From Paraspadella gotoi (taxonomy: Eukaryota > Animalia > Chaetognatha), in NCBI GenBank assembly GCA_051294375.1, contig CM119267.1:7668683-7732682 (forward strand): a DNA stretch of 64,000 nt. Direction: 5' to 3'. A program made the translations under genes and the position numbers. Position 1 is the stretch's first letter. Each line of letters begins with the position of its first letter. The notes under the pieces are model-generated. The model did no database searches. It was not told where the DNA came from and worked only from the letters and a program-made list of their open reading frames with translations. Of this stretch, positions 1 through 11,575 are shown piece by piece.

Positions 1-167
1 TCGGAGAAGGGGACAAGGGAAATCAATTGTTCTTTTTCCCGGTTGACGTGGCCTCTGCCGCGACACGTGGGGCAGTCGACGTAGACCGTTTCTTCGTTTT
101 CCTCGGGATACCGATCGAACTCGTGGTAGCTCCCGAGGCCCTCTAACTGATAGAGGCTGCTCCCCAT
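1..167 (-). CDS. TMEM106B: TMEM106 family lysosomal type II membrane protein, 5' part only (continues beyond the window edge)
   Basis: Manual translation from ATG 167 gives MGSSLYQLEGLGSYHEFDRYPEENEETVYVDCPTCRGRGHVNREKEQLISLVPFS. This carries the TMEM106 signature CPTCxGxGxI/V...QLxxLxPxS. Not in the ORF track. A pyrimidine tract plus AG (TTTTCGAAG) directly precedes the ATG. Confidence 0.85.
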   Translation of the reverse strand, partial: MGSSLYQLEGLGSYHEFDRYPEENEETVYVDCPTCRGRGHVNREKEQLISLVPFS

Positions 168-550
168 CTTCGAAAACAAGAAATTGAAAAAAGATAAAAT
201 TTGCGAGTTATAATATAGAATTTTTTTATTTTTTTTAACAAAGAATAGAAAAAATATTTCATAAATTGTAAGGGCACTTTTCTAAATAACGTTGAGTAAG
301 GCAATAAGTAAGGCATTGTTCAATAAGGAATGACAATTACTAATGAGTAACGTGAAAAAAAAGTTGAATTGAGTATAGCGTAATAAACAGTTGGGTCAGT
401 GTCGCATTGTCCATCTCCATTTTCATTGCTATGATATGTACATTGTACAATTGGCAAATGTTCTGTAGGTATAACTTATATGTGTAAAGTTCAGTTTATA
501 CAGAAAGCATATTCAAAGTGCTCCGACTCGTTTGCGTTTTTGGCGATATT

Positions 551-2000
551 TCAGTTCTTCTTGTTTCCTTTTTTCAAACTCCTAACCCGAGTCTTGCTAG
601 AAACATCGGAGTCGGAAAAGTCGACGTCCGATTCGCGCGATAGGACGATGATGTCGTCGTCGCTCGAAGCGACCAAGTTGTCGTCGTCTTGGTGTCCATT
701 GATCGGTTTGACATTTCGTTTGCGAAAGGATTTGGACGAGACGCTTTCCTCGTCGACGTTGTAATTTTCGTTGGCGTCGGGAACCAATTCTCCGTCGCTG
801 TCAAGAGAAGCCATCCCGGTCTTCTTTTCTCCATTTTTGATCCGATTTCTCCCCTCCGCCGACGACTTGGACCTTCCAGGCGACTTGGCTCGGGTTCGAC
901 TCGGTTTAGTCTTTTCTCTCTTCTCGCGTGGAGGGTGAGGGACGAGGAATTCTCCCTCGGGCAGAGGGGAAGATCTAGGCACGGATCTTGCGGCCACCGA
1001 CTTGGGAAGCGTCTCCCCGGCCGAATCAATTTCTGCTGCGGCGCGATTCTTAGTCGATCCTCTCTCGCCTCGGTCGAGCTCGTCCTCCGACTCCCACAGC
1101 CGACGTTTCCCGTCCGTCCGCGGGACGGAACTCTTCTCTGGTCTTGAGTCGACGCTGGCCGAGCGATGAGAGGTCGGGCTGTCGTCGTTCCGCCCTCGAG
1201 AAAGCTGGAACCCGCCGTCGCCTCGGAGTCTTTCGTCGCCGGCCGAGTCAAGTCGCTCGTTTTCGCCGAAAGCGTTCACGGCGGGCGGCGGGGATTCAAT
1301 TGCGGCAGTGGCGGACTGACGTAAATGATCGAACATTGCTGGCCCCTTGAGAGCGGCGACGAAGGCCAGGGATGTAATGTAAGTTAGGGTCTGAGCACCG
1401 AGTGATAGGACGAATTTGTAGCCCTGAAAATAATTGGGAATAGTAGTTTGCGTTTTTATTACCGAATGAATTTATATCAGGTTTAAATTGTAATTTAGAA
1501 TGTATTTTTTTCCGATATTATGAATTCGAGATTTTACCAGAAAATTTATAAATGTACTTATGTAGCCAATGCTGATCGCTTAATATAAGTACCTGTTGCT
1601 TAGCTTTTGAAATAATGTCATCTATTTCGTTTTCTTTCTCCGTCAGCATCGGATGAACGAATCGGCGATACAAAATTGACGAGCCTTTTTGACATGATTT
1701 AATTACATAAATGCCAAGCATACACAGTCCAAGTTACAGATGAAACTTACCCTTCGTGTATGGCGACAACAGCCAGATGAGAAAGATGATCTTGACTTCG
1801 TGATAAAAAGGCATCCACCAAGAGACGAGGATATCGGCAAAAGTCTCGGCGAAAAGAAAGAGCGCGAACACGATCCAGTACATCATCCATTTCACGTAGT
1901 CCTTGACGCTCTTTGTCTTGACAGCTTTGTAGCTTTGGTAGGCGGGAAAAAGCGTCCCGAAAAAAAGGATCACGAGGCGGGAGATCAATGAGGAGATCAT
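551..2000 (-). CDS. REEP1-4 subfamily ER-shaping protein (TB2/DP1/HVA22 domain), about 404 aa, 3 exons: 2000-1751, 1684-1593, 1423-551
   Basis: [28 protein letters not shown]...[12 protein letters not shown]...WLLSPYTKG|[11 protein letters not shown]...[12 protein letters not shown]|GYKF matches REEP1-4. Introns are GT-AG and phase-consistent. Exon 3 runs in frame into the low-complexity 551..1336 ORF, which forms a long C-terminal tail. Confidence 0.88.
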
Positions 2001-2603
2001 AATGTGAGTGAGAGGGACGGAAGTCACAGTTTTAAATGTATTTTTTTGAAACTTAATGGAGCTCTAACATATTCTGAAAATATAAACAAAGTCTTGGCAA
2101 TGATGTAAAACATCATTAGTAAAAATAATGCCACCAGAAATAACAAGTAAGAATAGGGAAGGCGAAATATTGAGCAAAATATATTAGTAGTAATAGTAGA
2201 CTCCGTGATTAAAAAAAAAAAAACCATAAAAAATACTGTGTAAATTGATTAAAAAATTACAGAAAAATAAAACATGAAATACATAACAATTAAAATATTT
2301 AACATTTACGTACATACCAACGAAGTACACAAGATCACAACTTTTTCACGTCAAATAACTAAATAGCGGGAAACGTTTCCAAAAAAGCTTAAAAGCATGA
2401 GGATCGTCGCAATAGTATAAAAAAAAACTGAACCCATAACAAACTCAAAAAATCAAATTTAATACAGGAAAACAACATAATCATAACAAACTAGGCTTAA
2501 TATATAAAAAAATAGCTTAGAAGTATAAAAACAAAAGGAATAATATTCAATGGACAAACAGATACAAAAAATTCAAGATATAGAGTCATAAAAAAACTAA
2601 GGA

Positions 2604-5104
2604 TCAGCTGATAAAACGCAGCTCTTCTTCCATAAAACTGGTCATTTTGAATTTTTGCACTTTGCCTGTGACTGTCATTGGAAATTCTTCCACCATTTTG
2701 ATATATTTGGGGATTTTGAAATGCGAAATTTTTCCTCGAGAAAACGAAACGACTTCTTCCGATGTCAAATCGGCGCCTGGCGCGAGCCGGATCCAGGCGC
2801 ACACCTGCTCTCCGAGGCGAGGATCAGAAAATCCGAAGACGCAGACATCGGCGATCGCAGGATGCGTGTGGAGGAATTGCTCAATTTCCGCTGAAAAAAA
2901 AAATCATATTGTATGCAAAAAATACAACTTTAGCATGATTATTGGTTGATAATAAATCAAGTTAATCATCAGATAACACTTTCCTATGCCACAAGAAAAA
3001 AACCAGGAAAAAATTAGTCCACAAGTAAATGCTAAACCTGGATAAATATTTTCGCCGCCCCTGATGATTATATCTGAGGATCTCCCGACGACACTGCAGA
3101 ATCCTTCTTCATCCATGACGCCGACATCGCCAGTTTTGTACCACTTGTCGGCGCTCAAAACATCGCGCGTCTTGATTTCTTCGCCCCAGTATCCGAGCAT
3201 GGTGTTGTAACCTCTAAAAAAGAAAATATTAAATACCTCATAATAAACGTGACGTTTGCATCCAATAACTAGAGCAACAAAAACCCACCTCACGCAAATT
3301 TCTCCCTCTTGACCAATAGGAAGGATCCGGCCTGACTCGTCGGCGATTTTTATCTCTACGTGAGGCATGGCGGATCCGACCGTAGCCACTCGAATGGCCA
3401 ACGAATCTGTTGTACGATGGGACGTCGCCAGCGGACTCAACTCGGTAGCGCTAAAAGATGATTGTTTGGCTTGTGATGTAACAGGAACTTCGACCGATTA
3501 ATTCAATTGAAAAACAGAATGACCCAGAGATCGAAGTAGTTTTAATACTGACCCATAGCCAATAATAACTTCCGACATATTAAGTTCCGTCACGATTCGC
3601 TTCATCAATTCCATCGGACACGGGGAGCCAGCCATGATTCCAGTTCTCATGGTGCTCACGTCTACTTCCTTCAGCCGAGGATGATTCAAAATGTCTACGA
3701 ACATAGTAGGAGTCCCATAGAGAGCGGTGCATCTGGAAAGAAGCGATAGAGGATCAACGTTGGTGTAAGAACTACTTTTACTTACTACTCTTACCTTTCT
3801 TTCCCGATGGCGTCCAACACGCTACCGGCGTCAAATGAATACGAGGGAAAGACGCAGGTCGATCCATGTCCCAGAGTCATTAGACTAGCAAGCACCATGC
3901 CGAAGCAATGATAAAGCGGGACCGGGACGCAAAGGACGCCGCGCTGCTGATCAAATCCCAGTCGTTCCGACGTTGAAAGAGCGCAGTTGAGGATGTTGAA
4001 GTGAGACAGCGTTGCGCCCTTGGGCGAGCCAGTCGTGCCGGAAGTAAACTGAATGTTAATGGGTTCGTCGGGCGCCACGAGTTTCGTCTTTGCTTCCATG
4101 TCAGAAAAGGATTCCGACGAGGAGGCGTCGAAAACATCTTGGAGAGATAAGGCACCGGGAAAAACGGTTCCACTTCCTTCCGGATCGGTGAAGATGACGT
4201 GAGATAAAAGTGGAAGTTCTTGGGAGGTCGTCACCCCCGCGGGAGACGAAGGTAAACTGGGCAATATCTCGCATAGAATCGCATAGTAGTTCTGTTACAT
4301 GGAAAATAAATGCTGATAAACGCTCAAGGTTGGAAAGTAAAACAATTCTTACCCACCTGTGTTTTGAATGTAGGCGTGGCCAAAATTCCCTTGCATCCAA
4401 CTTTTTTAAGGGCAAACTTTAATTCGCCCGTTTGATACGCGGGATTAATATTGACTTGAATAATGCCGACCTTGGCAGTGGCGAACTGAGCTAAGATCCA
4501 AGCTTCGCAATTCGGTGCCCAAACTCCTAATCGATCGCCGGGTTTAAAACCTGTTATCGAAAACATATATGAAAATTAATTAACTGTAGTATTGACAATC
4601 AGGAATCACTAATTAATAAAATTAACAAACGGTGTATAACAAAAGAAGAAAACAATTTTTGCTGCACAGAGATGGAAAAAAAAAATTACGATTTTTTTTT
4701 CTGATTGAAAATGTTTCAAAATGAAAAACCGGTTTTTTTTTTTCAAATTACATTCTTTAACGATCTTGAACTTGACAATGATATTTCTCGTTAGCAAAAC
4801 CTCTCCTTCACCTTTTTCAAAACTCACCCAAAGCGATTAGACCCGAAGCGAGTCGCTCGGCTTTCTGTTTGAGATCGGCGAAGTTAAGCCGAATCCCCTG
4901 ATGAGGGAAGACGTGAGACTCTCGATCCGGAAATCTTTCGGCCAAACGATCGAGACGCTGGCCAATGGTCTCCGCAGTGAGCGGAACCGTCGAAGTCCCG
5001 TGGGTGTATGACTGAGTGTAGCGCCATCTTCTAGGAACTGTCGACGTTGCGACACGTCTCGGAACGGTTTGAAATTTGAAAGGCAGGCCACGGATAAAAA
5101 ACAT
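2604..5104 (-). CDS. ACSF2: Medium-chain acyl-CoA synthetase family member 2, mitochondrial, about 590 aa, 7 exons: 5104-4828, 4550-4357, 4291-3795, 3732-3553, 3450-3289, 3213-3038, 2890-2604
   Basis: AMP-binding motif INIQFTSGTTGSPKGATLSH, plus PVPLYHCFG, YGATELSP, WYKTGD, IIRGGENIYPAEIE and PMTVTGKVQKF. The N-terminus is Arg-rich and lacks acidic residues, like a transit peptide. All six GT-AG junctions are phase-consistent. Confidence 0.9.
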
Positions 5105-5406
5105 ATCAATTTTTTTCCTGGGGTTTTTTTTTCCCCGTTTTTTTTTCAGCGTTTAAGTAAGATATGCAGTGTAGAGAGCTGGCGGTGGAGAAACGATGTT
5201 TGCCGCATACGGGCAATCATCGCATCACCATCTTGTCTGCAATTAAAATTTTGAATCACAAGAGGGCAATAGCTTATTAAATAAACATGATTATTCACCG
5301 AACGACGAAACAAGCGCAACAATAAATTGATACTAATTAATTTTGAATTCAAAAGCAATTTGAATAATTCAAAAATTTCAAGTAATAACGATTGGTAACT
5401 TTCTTA

Positions 5407-6048
5407 TCAATAAGCGCTTTTCGCCTCCAGCGCATCCATCTGCTGCAGCAAAGACGCCGCTGCGAACCTCAACTGCTGAAACTGCTCCTGTCCGACTCCG
5501 AAGTGTTTCGTCTCTCCATCATTGAGCGTCGCTTCGAATTGGACCCTAGGTTCCAAGACGCGAGAAACGGAAGAATCTGAGATAGTGACATCGAGACGCC
5601 AACTCAAGTCAGTCAACGTTGGGTAACCCGCGCGAAGACCCATTGTAGGGGTCCCTTCTAACCGCCCGGCGCCGAAAGCGGCTGCGCGAAGGTCCTCGAT
5701 TTTATCGGCTTCCACGTTTAACTCTGCGAGATCCTCCTTGAAAGTTTCGGCTTTCAGTTTACTCTGACGCCTCGCCGTTCTCAAAAGGACATCCAAACCG
5801 GCGAATACGACGATCACATCGTTCAGAGGTGTGTGATCGTTGGTCAAGTCGTACAGGGATTCGGGACCGACAAGGTCCAATCCTTCCAGTTGGTCGACAA
5901 CAACTTCAAGAATTCTCCGGAATACGTCTTTTTCCATTGAAGGTAACACTTTTAAAAGCTCCTTCACTTCGAGCGGAATTTTAGGACCGAGAAAAAGCGG
6001 CCTTTCGACTTTAGCCGAAGGTAAAGAAACTCCGGTAAATGTCGACAT
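5407..6048 (-). CDS. COMMD5: COMM domain-containing protein 5, 213 aa, single exon
   Basis: C-terminal COMM domain LSWRLDVTISDSSVSRVLEP...FQQLRFAAASLLQQMDALE. The N-terminal FLGPKIPLEVKELLKVL...FRRIL resembles COMMD5. Confidence 0.85.
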   Translation of the reverse strand: MSTFTGVSLPSAKVERPLFLGPKIPLEVKELLKVLPSMEKDVFRRILEVVVDQLEGLDLVGPESLYDLTNDHTPLNDVIVVFAGLDVLLRTARRQSKLKAETFKEDLAELNVEADKIEDLRAAAFGAGRLEGTPTMGLRAGYPTLTDLSWRLDVTISDSSVSRVLEPRVQFEATLNDGETKHFGVGQEQFQQLRFAAASLLQQMDALEAKSAY

Positions 6049-6319
6049 TTTTTTGGGGGGTCATACGTTGAGTAATATATTTCCTTTTTGTTTCCTGACG
6101 AAAATAATGTTAAATTTAATAAATATTATGACTGTTCATTGAAATAATATTATGACTGTTCAATAAAAACTTAGTGTCTTGGCGTAGACTTAGGACGGTG
6201 CTACGTTTTCTATGGGTACATACTACATACATAGAGAAAAACTAATTATAATTTAATATTAAGTCGGGATTTGAACATGAAACATTTAGAGCAGAAGATA
6301 GAAATTTCACCCTCGCAAT

Positions 6320-8557
6320 TTAGTTTTTCCTGGAGCTCACGGAATCGTCAACTAGCTTCTCGATTATATTCAAAACGTTGATTGCGGCGTCGGGGATTTT
6401 GGTGCCAGGGCCGAATACGGCGCTGCAGCCGTTGGCGTAAAGAAACTCGTAGTCTTGGGGAGGAATCACCCCTCCGGCGACGACAACGATGTCCGGTCGA
6501 CCCATCGCCTTTAACTCTTTCACCAACTCAGGAATGAGAGCCTTGTGGCCGGCGGCGAGAGAGCTCACGCCCACCACGTGAACGTCGGCGTCGACGGCTT
6601 GCTGAGCGGCTTCGCGAGGGGTCGCGAAGAGAGGCCCGATGTCTACGTCGAAACCCATGTCGGCGAATCCCGTGGCGATGACCTTACCGCCGCGATCGTG
6701 ACCGTCCTGACCGACTTTAGCCACCAGAATACGCGGTCGTCGTCCTTCATCCTTCAAGAATCGTTCAGATCTCGCCAGCACAGCCTCGATATCTTTCGTA
6801 TCCCCATAGCTGTTCTTGTAGGCGCCGCTGACGAGTCTGTCGTGCGCCGAGTGGCGTCCCCAAATTTTTTCAAGAGCGTCGGATATTTGACCCACGGTAC
6901 ATCTGTCTCGCGACGCCTGGATGGCTAATTCGAGGAGGTTGCCCTCTCCGGTTTTGGCGCAGGCCGTCAACGCGTCCAACGCGGCGGCCACTTTGGCCGG
7001 ATCCTGCTTGGCCCGAGTGGAGGCGATATGCGCCAGTTGCGACTCGAAAACAGTCTTGTTGTCAATCATCAAAACGTCGACTATCTCTTCCTCGGCCAAT
7101 TTGTACTTGTTGACCCCGACGATGGTTTCAAGGCCGGAATCGATCCTCGCTTGCCGTTTGGCTGCGCATTCCTCGATCTTCATCTTCGGCCAGCCGGTAG
7201 CGACGGCGGCCGCCATCCCGCCCATTTTCTCCGTTTCGTCGATGACCTCCATCGCCGCTTTGTAGACGTCGTTAGTCAGAGATTCCATCATAAATGACCC
7301 GGCCCAAGGGTCGGCCACGTGAACAATGCCGGATTCCTCTTGGAGAATAATCTGAGTGTTTCTGGCGATTCGTGCGCTTTTGGGCGTCGGCAATCCCAAG
7401 GCTTCGTCAAACGAGTTAGTGTGGAGAGATTGGGTCCCCCCGAATACGGAGGCCATGGCCTCGATGGTGGTGCGAATTATGTTGTTGTAGGGATCCTGTT
7501 CGGTGAGCGACCATCCCGACGTTTGAGAATGGGCTCTCAACATCGTGGATTTCGAATTTTTGGGATTAAAGTTTTTTTTCATCAAATCTGCCCATAGTCG
7601 CCTTCCCGCCCTCATTTTGGCAATCTCCATGTAAAAGTTCATGCCGATGCCCCAGAAAAAGGAGAGACGGGGCGCGAATTTGTCGATGTCAAGGCCAGCC
7701 TTGATTCCCGTTCGACAGTACTCCAAACCGTCGGCCAAAGTAAAGGCCAATTCCAAAATGGCGTCGGCGCCTGCCTCCTGCATGTGGTAACCAGAGATGG
7801 AGATAGAGTTAAACTTGGGCATGTGTTTGGAAGTGTAAGCGAAGATGTCCGCTATTATGCGCATGGAATGTTGGGGCGGATAAATGTATGTGTTCCGCAC
7901 CATGAACTCTTTAAGGATATCATTCTGAATGGTGCCGGCTAGGTCGCCCAGTTTTGCGCCCTGCTCCTCGGCGGCAACGATGTACATGGCCATGACTGGC
8001 AACACGGCGCCGTTCATAGTCATCGATGTGGATATTTTGTCCAGCGGAATCCCATCGAAAAGAATTTTCATGTCTTCCACAGAATCGATGGCGACACCCG
8101 CCATGCCGACGTCGCCCTTGACCCTGGGATTGTCCGAATCGTAGCCCCTGTGGGTGGCAAGGTCGAAGGCCACGCTCAGTCCCTGCTGCCCCGCCTTAAT
8201 GTTGTCTCTATAAAAACGATTGCTCTCTTCGACGGTAGAAAACCCAGCGTATTGTCGAATCGTCCAGGGTCTTTGTGTGTACATCGTCGGGTAGGGGCCT
8301 CTGGTGAAAGGGAACTTGCCAGGCAACTCGTCCTTTTCGATTCCGTCCTTTTTGGTGTAAACCGGTTTGATGTCGATTCCTTCGGGAGTATGCCAGACTA
8401 GCTTCTCGGCGTCCTTCCCTTTCAGCGCTTTGGTCGCCATGGCGCTCCATTCTGCATTTAGAGGAACGGCCGCCTTGAGTCGACTGATCGAAGCGAAATG
8501 TCGAGAAAACGAGCCGCCAATCCCATTTCCTTTGGACAACAAGTTTCGTGTGGCCAT
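6320..8557 (-). CDS. MMUT: Methylmalonyl-CoA mutase, mitochondrial (adenosylcobalamin-dependent), 745 aa, intronless
   Basis: [28 protein letters not shown] and [11 protein letters not shown], plus the B12-binding motifs DGHDRGGK and [10 protein letters not shown]-terminal transit-peptide-like extension; one uninterrupted ORF. Confidence 0.97.
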   Translation of the reverse strand: MATRNLLSKGNGIGGSFSRHFASISRLKAAVPLNAEWSAMATKALKGKDAEKLVWHTPEGIDIKPVYTKKDGIEKDELPGKFPFTRGPYPTMYTQRPWTIRQYAGFSTVEESNRFYRDNIKAGQQGLSVAFDLATHRGYDSDNPRVKGDVGMAGVAIDSVEDMKILFDGIPLDKISTSMTMNGAVLPVMAMYIVAAEEQGAKLGDLAGTIQNDILKEFMVRNTYIYPPQHSMRIIADIFAYTSKHMPKFNSISISGYHMQEAGADAILELAFTLADGLEYCRTGIKAGLDIDKFAPRLSFFWGIGMNFYMEIAKMRAGRRLWADLMKKNFNPKNSKSTMLRAHSQTSGWSLTEQDPYNNIIRTTIEAMASVFGGTQSLHTNSFDEALGLPTPKSARIARNTQIILQEESGIVHVADPWAGSFMMESLTNDVYKAAMEVIDETEKMGGMAAAVATGWPKMKIEECAAKRQARIDSGLETIVGVNKYKLAEEEIVDVLMIDNKTVFESQLAHIASTRAKQDPAKVAAALDALTACAKTGEGNLLELAIQASRDRCTVGQISDALEKIWGRHSAHDRLVSGAYKNSYGDTKDIEAVLARSERFLKDEGRRPRILVAKVGQDGHDRGGKVIATGFADMGFDVDIGPLFATPREAAQQAVDADVHVVGVSSLAAGHKALIPELVKELKAMGRPDIVVVAGGVIPPQDYEFLYANGCSAVFGPGTKIPDAAINVLNIIEKLVDDSVSSRKN

Positions 8558-8583
8558 TTTTTATTCGCCCTAAAAATGTAAGA

Positions 8584-8675
8584 AAACCGACGCAAACTTG
8601 GTTAAAAGGCATCCGCAGTAAGACTTTCACAGAGAAATTGCATCGCACTGCTTCATGACAAATTAGGCACGGTTT
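8584..8675 (-). promoter_or_regulatory. Type II SECIS element in the SEPHS2 3' UTR
   Basis: Minus-strand RNA: helix I 5' arm AAACCGUGCCUAAUUUG, then UC-A-UGAA, helix II GCAGUGCGAU, GC-AA, mini-stem UUUC(UCUGU)GAAA, GUCUUACUGC, GGAU, and helix I 3' arm CAAGUUUGCGUCGGUUU. It has the AUGA/GA quartet, a 10-bp helix II with one mismatch and the apical AA, and lies about 280 nt downstream of the stop of a gene with an in-frame TGA. Confidence 0.85.
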
Positions 8676-8957
8676 AAAAAAATAATTTCAAATAATACAA
8701 AAGGGTTTTAATTTTATATACTTTATAAACCGAAAACCGAAAATTAAAAATACTTGATATTCAACAAGTTTCTTGGCCTGGGGTTTTTGTTAATTCCACA
8801 TTTAGCGCGAACATTAAAAAATTACACCGAATACCTCAAGGTATAAAGTAAAGTTCGGAATGTTCATGAAAACAACAATTTTAAATGATACAAATGCAAA
8901 GACCTTTCCCAGCTTTCAGAAAATTCCAAAATGATCAAAGGCAACTTCAAACGTTCC

Positions 8958-11162
8958 TTACCACAACTTCCCCTCAGTGTCTTTCACGGGCACCTCGAAT
9001 ATCTCTGGCGACTCGACGATCACAGCATTTCCATCTCCCGGCTCCACGTGGCCCACGATCCACGCGGGATAGCCTTCCGTTCTTTCTATCTCTTCGCAGA
9101 ACTCCGAAGCAGCTTCCTTCGCAAGGCACATCAAGAGGCCGCCGCTAGTCTCAGCCGAAGTCCCTCGCAAAAGACCGAATCCCACGCCACAGGCTTTGTT
9201 GACGGCAACCATCTTGGCGATGACGGGAAAACTATGGATAACGAACGACACTTGACTTTTTTGAACTTTGGCCATGTTGGAGGCGTGACCGAAAATGCCG
9301 TAGCCGGTCACGTCGGTCGCGCAGTGTGCTCCGTATTTGTGCATTAGAATGGCTCCGGTACGGTTTAATCGAGCCATAGAATCCGTGGCTCTCTTGAAGG
9401 CAAGAACCTGAAAATGAATGAATACAACAAAAAAATTTATACACACTGTAACAAGCCCTGTTTGGTTACTTTTACTTTCGCCGACTGGGGTTAGGGTTAA
9501 AGATAATTTAAGGGTGGTTTAGGGTTAAGGGTGTTTTAGGGTTAGGGGTAGTTAGGGTAATATAGGAGTCTACGTCGTTCTTAGAGATCGAGGAAGACTT
9601 TTTAAATGGAGATTTTCGTTCAAATCTGACTACCAAACAATATAAACGCTCCTGGTAAAAATTCGGGTAAAATATCGATATAAAAACACTTGATTCCGAT
9701 CCTGTTGTATCTGAAGGGCTCGCATTTTTTTCTCTTGTCAAATCATCAAATCTTGATATCAAACAAACCAGAACAAATAGACTGCTTCTGGACGGAAAAA
9801 TTTTCTATCTCTGATTTTATATAGAAATGAAAGGGATTTTTTTCCTTAAAAACGATATAAACGTGACTGAGGTATGTTCCTGTTCAAACAATGACGTCTA
9901 ATTTTGGAATCCTTTAGCAAAGTGTCTGAAGGCTCTCAAAATTTATCTTTACATTTTATTTGGTTATTTTGATATGATACGATCCTGGAAAGTGAATTAG
10001 TCCATTTTGGTGAAATTTTTATTTAAAGTAAAAGTAAAAGAGGAGCTAACGATCGGAATTCTAAGAGTTTTCAACCGGGAGTCAGATTCGGGAAAAATCT
10101 TCTATGGCGAAAATCTTCCAAAGAAGGGGTTGATTTTCCGAAGATTTTGGTTAATATTTTCTATATTTATGGTCGGATTTTTTGGAAACTTAATATTAAC
10201 AATATTGCCATCATTCTACTTGGCCGGTATAAGAATATATTGAAAAAACCTCGGGCTTTTTTCATCAGAGCTTAGTCTACGGTAATATTTAAAAAAAATT
10301 TTTTTAAAAAATAAGTATTTTTAAATGATTTTTAAAAATCGCCATAACCGCGGTCGGCGAAAGTAAAATTTAGCTATATATTTCTTTATCATTCTGCGCG
10401 CTCATGACATAGTTTAAGTTTAAAAATATTTGGTTGTTGGTCCTGACGCACCGTTTCCGCTTCTGAGATGACATCTTTGACCTTAAGCCATCTTTCCTTC
10501 TTCTGATCCATCCACTGATGCACGTTGACGGCGATCTGCGTTCCAATCGGTTTCGTCAAGACCAAAACGTCACCGACGCACGCGCCGTCCGGACGAATAA
10601 ATTCAGAGTCGGCGCAGACGGAGCTGGCGGCGCCACCGATCATTAACCACGGGTTGTTGACGATTTGTCCCCCGCGGACGGAACATTCGGCCAGAGCTGC
10701 GCAAGCGCGAAATCCCGTTAGCATCTGAGAAACAACAACGTCCCTTTCCACTTCAGAGAGTTCAGGTGGAACGCCAGATATAAGAGAGACGTTGTCGCAA
10801 TTGACGACGCCCATAGCGTACAAGTCTGACAAAACGTTGGCACAGGCGATGCGACCCTGCATGTAAGGATCTTCGACTAGAGGATAAAAAAAGTCGGTGG
10901 TTTGCACAAGAGACAGATTTCCGTGACGAAGGGGAGTCACGCAGCAGTCGACTCCGACGCCGACGGTCGGAGGAGCTCGAGGGGCCTCGACGGAGTCGCC
11001 GCTGCCGGAGTCGCTCTTCGAGCTCTGGTTCATTCCCTCCAGGAGCTTGAGTAGAAGCGCCTGGGGGATCTTGCACCCTCATCCTTTCAGCGCGGCTAGT
11101 TTTGTGAGGCGAAAGTCCGGATCAAGCCCGTAGGCGGCAGGTTCAAAGGATGCTCGATCCAT
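8958..11162 (-). CDS. SEPHS2: Selenophosphate synthetase 2, a selenoprotein (Sec at codon 28, TGA 11081-11079), about 386 aa, 2 exons: 11162-10452, 9407-8958
   Basis: Manual translation from ATG 11162 gives [43 protein letters not shown], in frame with [44 protein letters not shown] and ETSGGLL. One phase-0 GT-AG intron. SECIS present downstream. Confidence 0.95.
9470..10368. mobile_element. Non-autonomous element with terminal inverted repeats and degenerate TTAGGG-like repeats, in the SEPHS2 intron
   Basis: TTTTACTTTCGCCGAC (9470-9485) and its exact reverse complement GTCGGCGAAAGTAAAA (10353-10368), extending imperfectly to about 28 bp. Internal blocks recur at about 60540-61000. No credible ORF. 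Confidence 0.75.
11034..11068 (-). promoter_or_regulatory. Candidate Sec redefinition element (SRE) stem-loop within the SEPHS2 CDS
   Basis: UCCC-CCAGG-C-GCUU-(CUACUC)-AAGC-U-CCUGG-A-GGGA forms a hairpin of about 13 bp that begins 10 nt 3' of the Sec UGA. Confidence 0.65.
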
Positions 11163-11575
11163 TTCTATGTCTAGTAGCAGAGAGCTTTGACCTATATAAA
11201 ATTCAAAATATTCCCAAAGATTTAGTTAATACGTCGAAATTAGGGTAAAAAGAGACATTCGCAAGAAAAATCTTTTTTTTTCATATTTAGACATTAGTTT
11301 AGTTTTGGCTTTTTTAATGTCATAGTTGAATTTTTTTAAATCTTTCAGAAGCGTAAAAAGCTACTAACTACTGACTTTTTAAAAATTTTATCACAATCAA
11401 AATACTTTGTAAATACACCGGCACTCATAATATAATCCTATTTAAACAATCATTAACTAGTTGAATTAAAAAATTCATGATTTCTTCAATCAATAAATTG
11501 TCAACAAAAAAATTTCACCAACAAAAATAAAAAAACTTAATGATACGAGTTTTGGTTGGCCCTAAACAAATAAAC

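Noticed and set aside
5146-5235. Possible box C/D snoRNA on the minus strand between COMMD5 and ACSF2 (AUGGUGA/GCGAUGA ... CUGA)
   Set aside because: The C box is imperfect, there is no terminal stem and I could not identify a convincing rRNA or snRNA antisense element. It needs snoscan or Rfam.
6320-8557. Bacterial contamination or horizontal transfer of the intronless mutase
   Set aside because: It has a mitochondrial transit-peptide-like N-terminus, looks like the animal-type enzyme and sits among intron-containing eukaryotic genes. A phylogeny would be the formal test.
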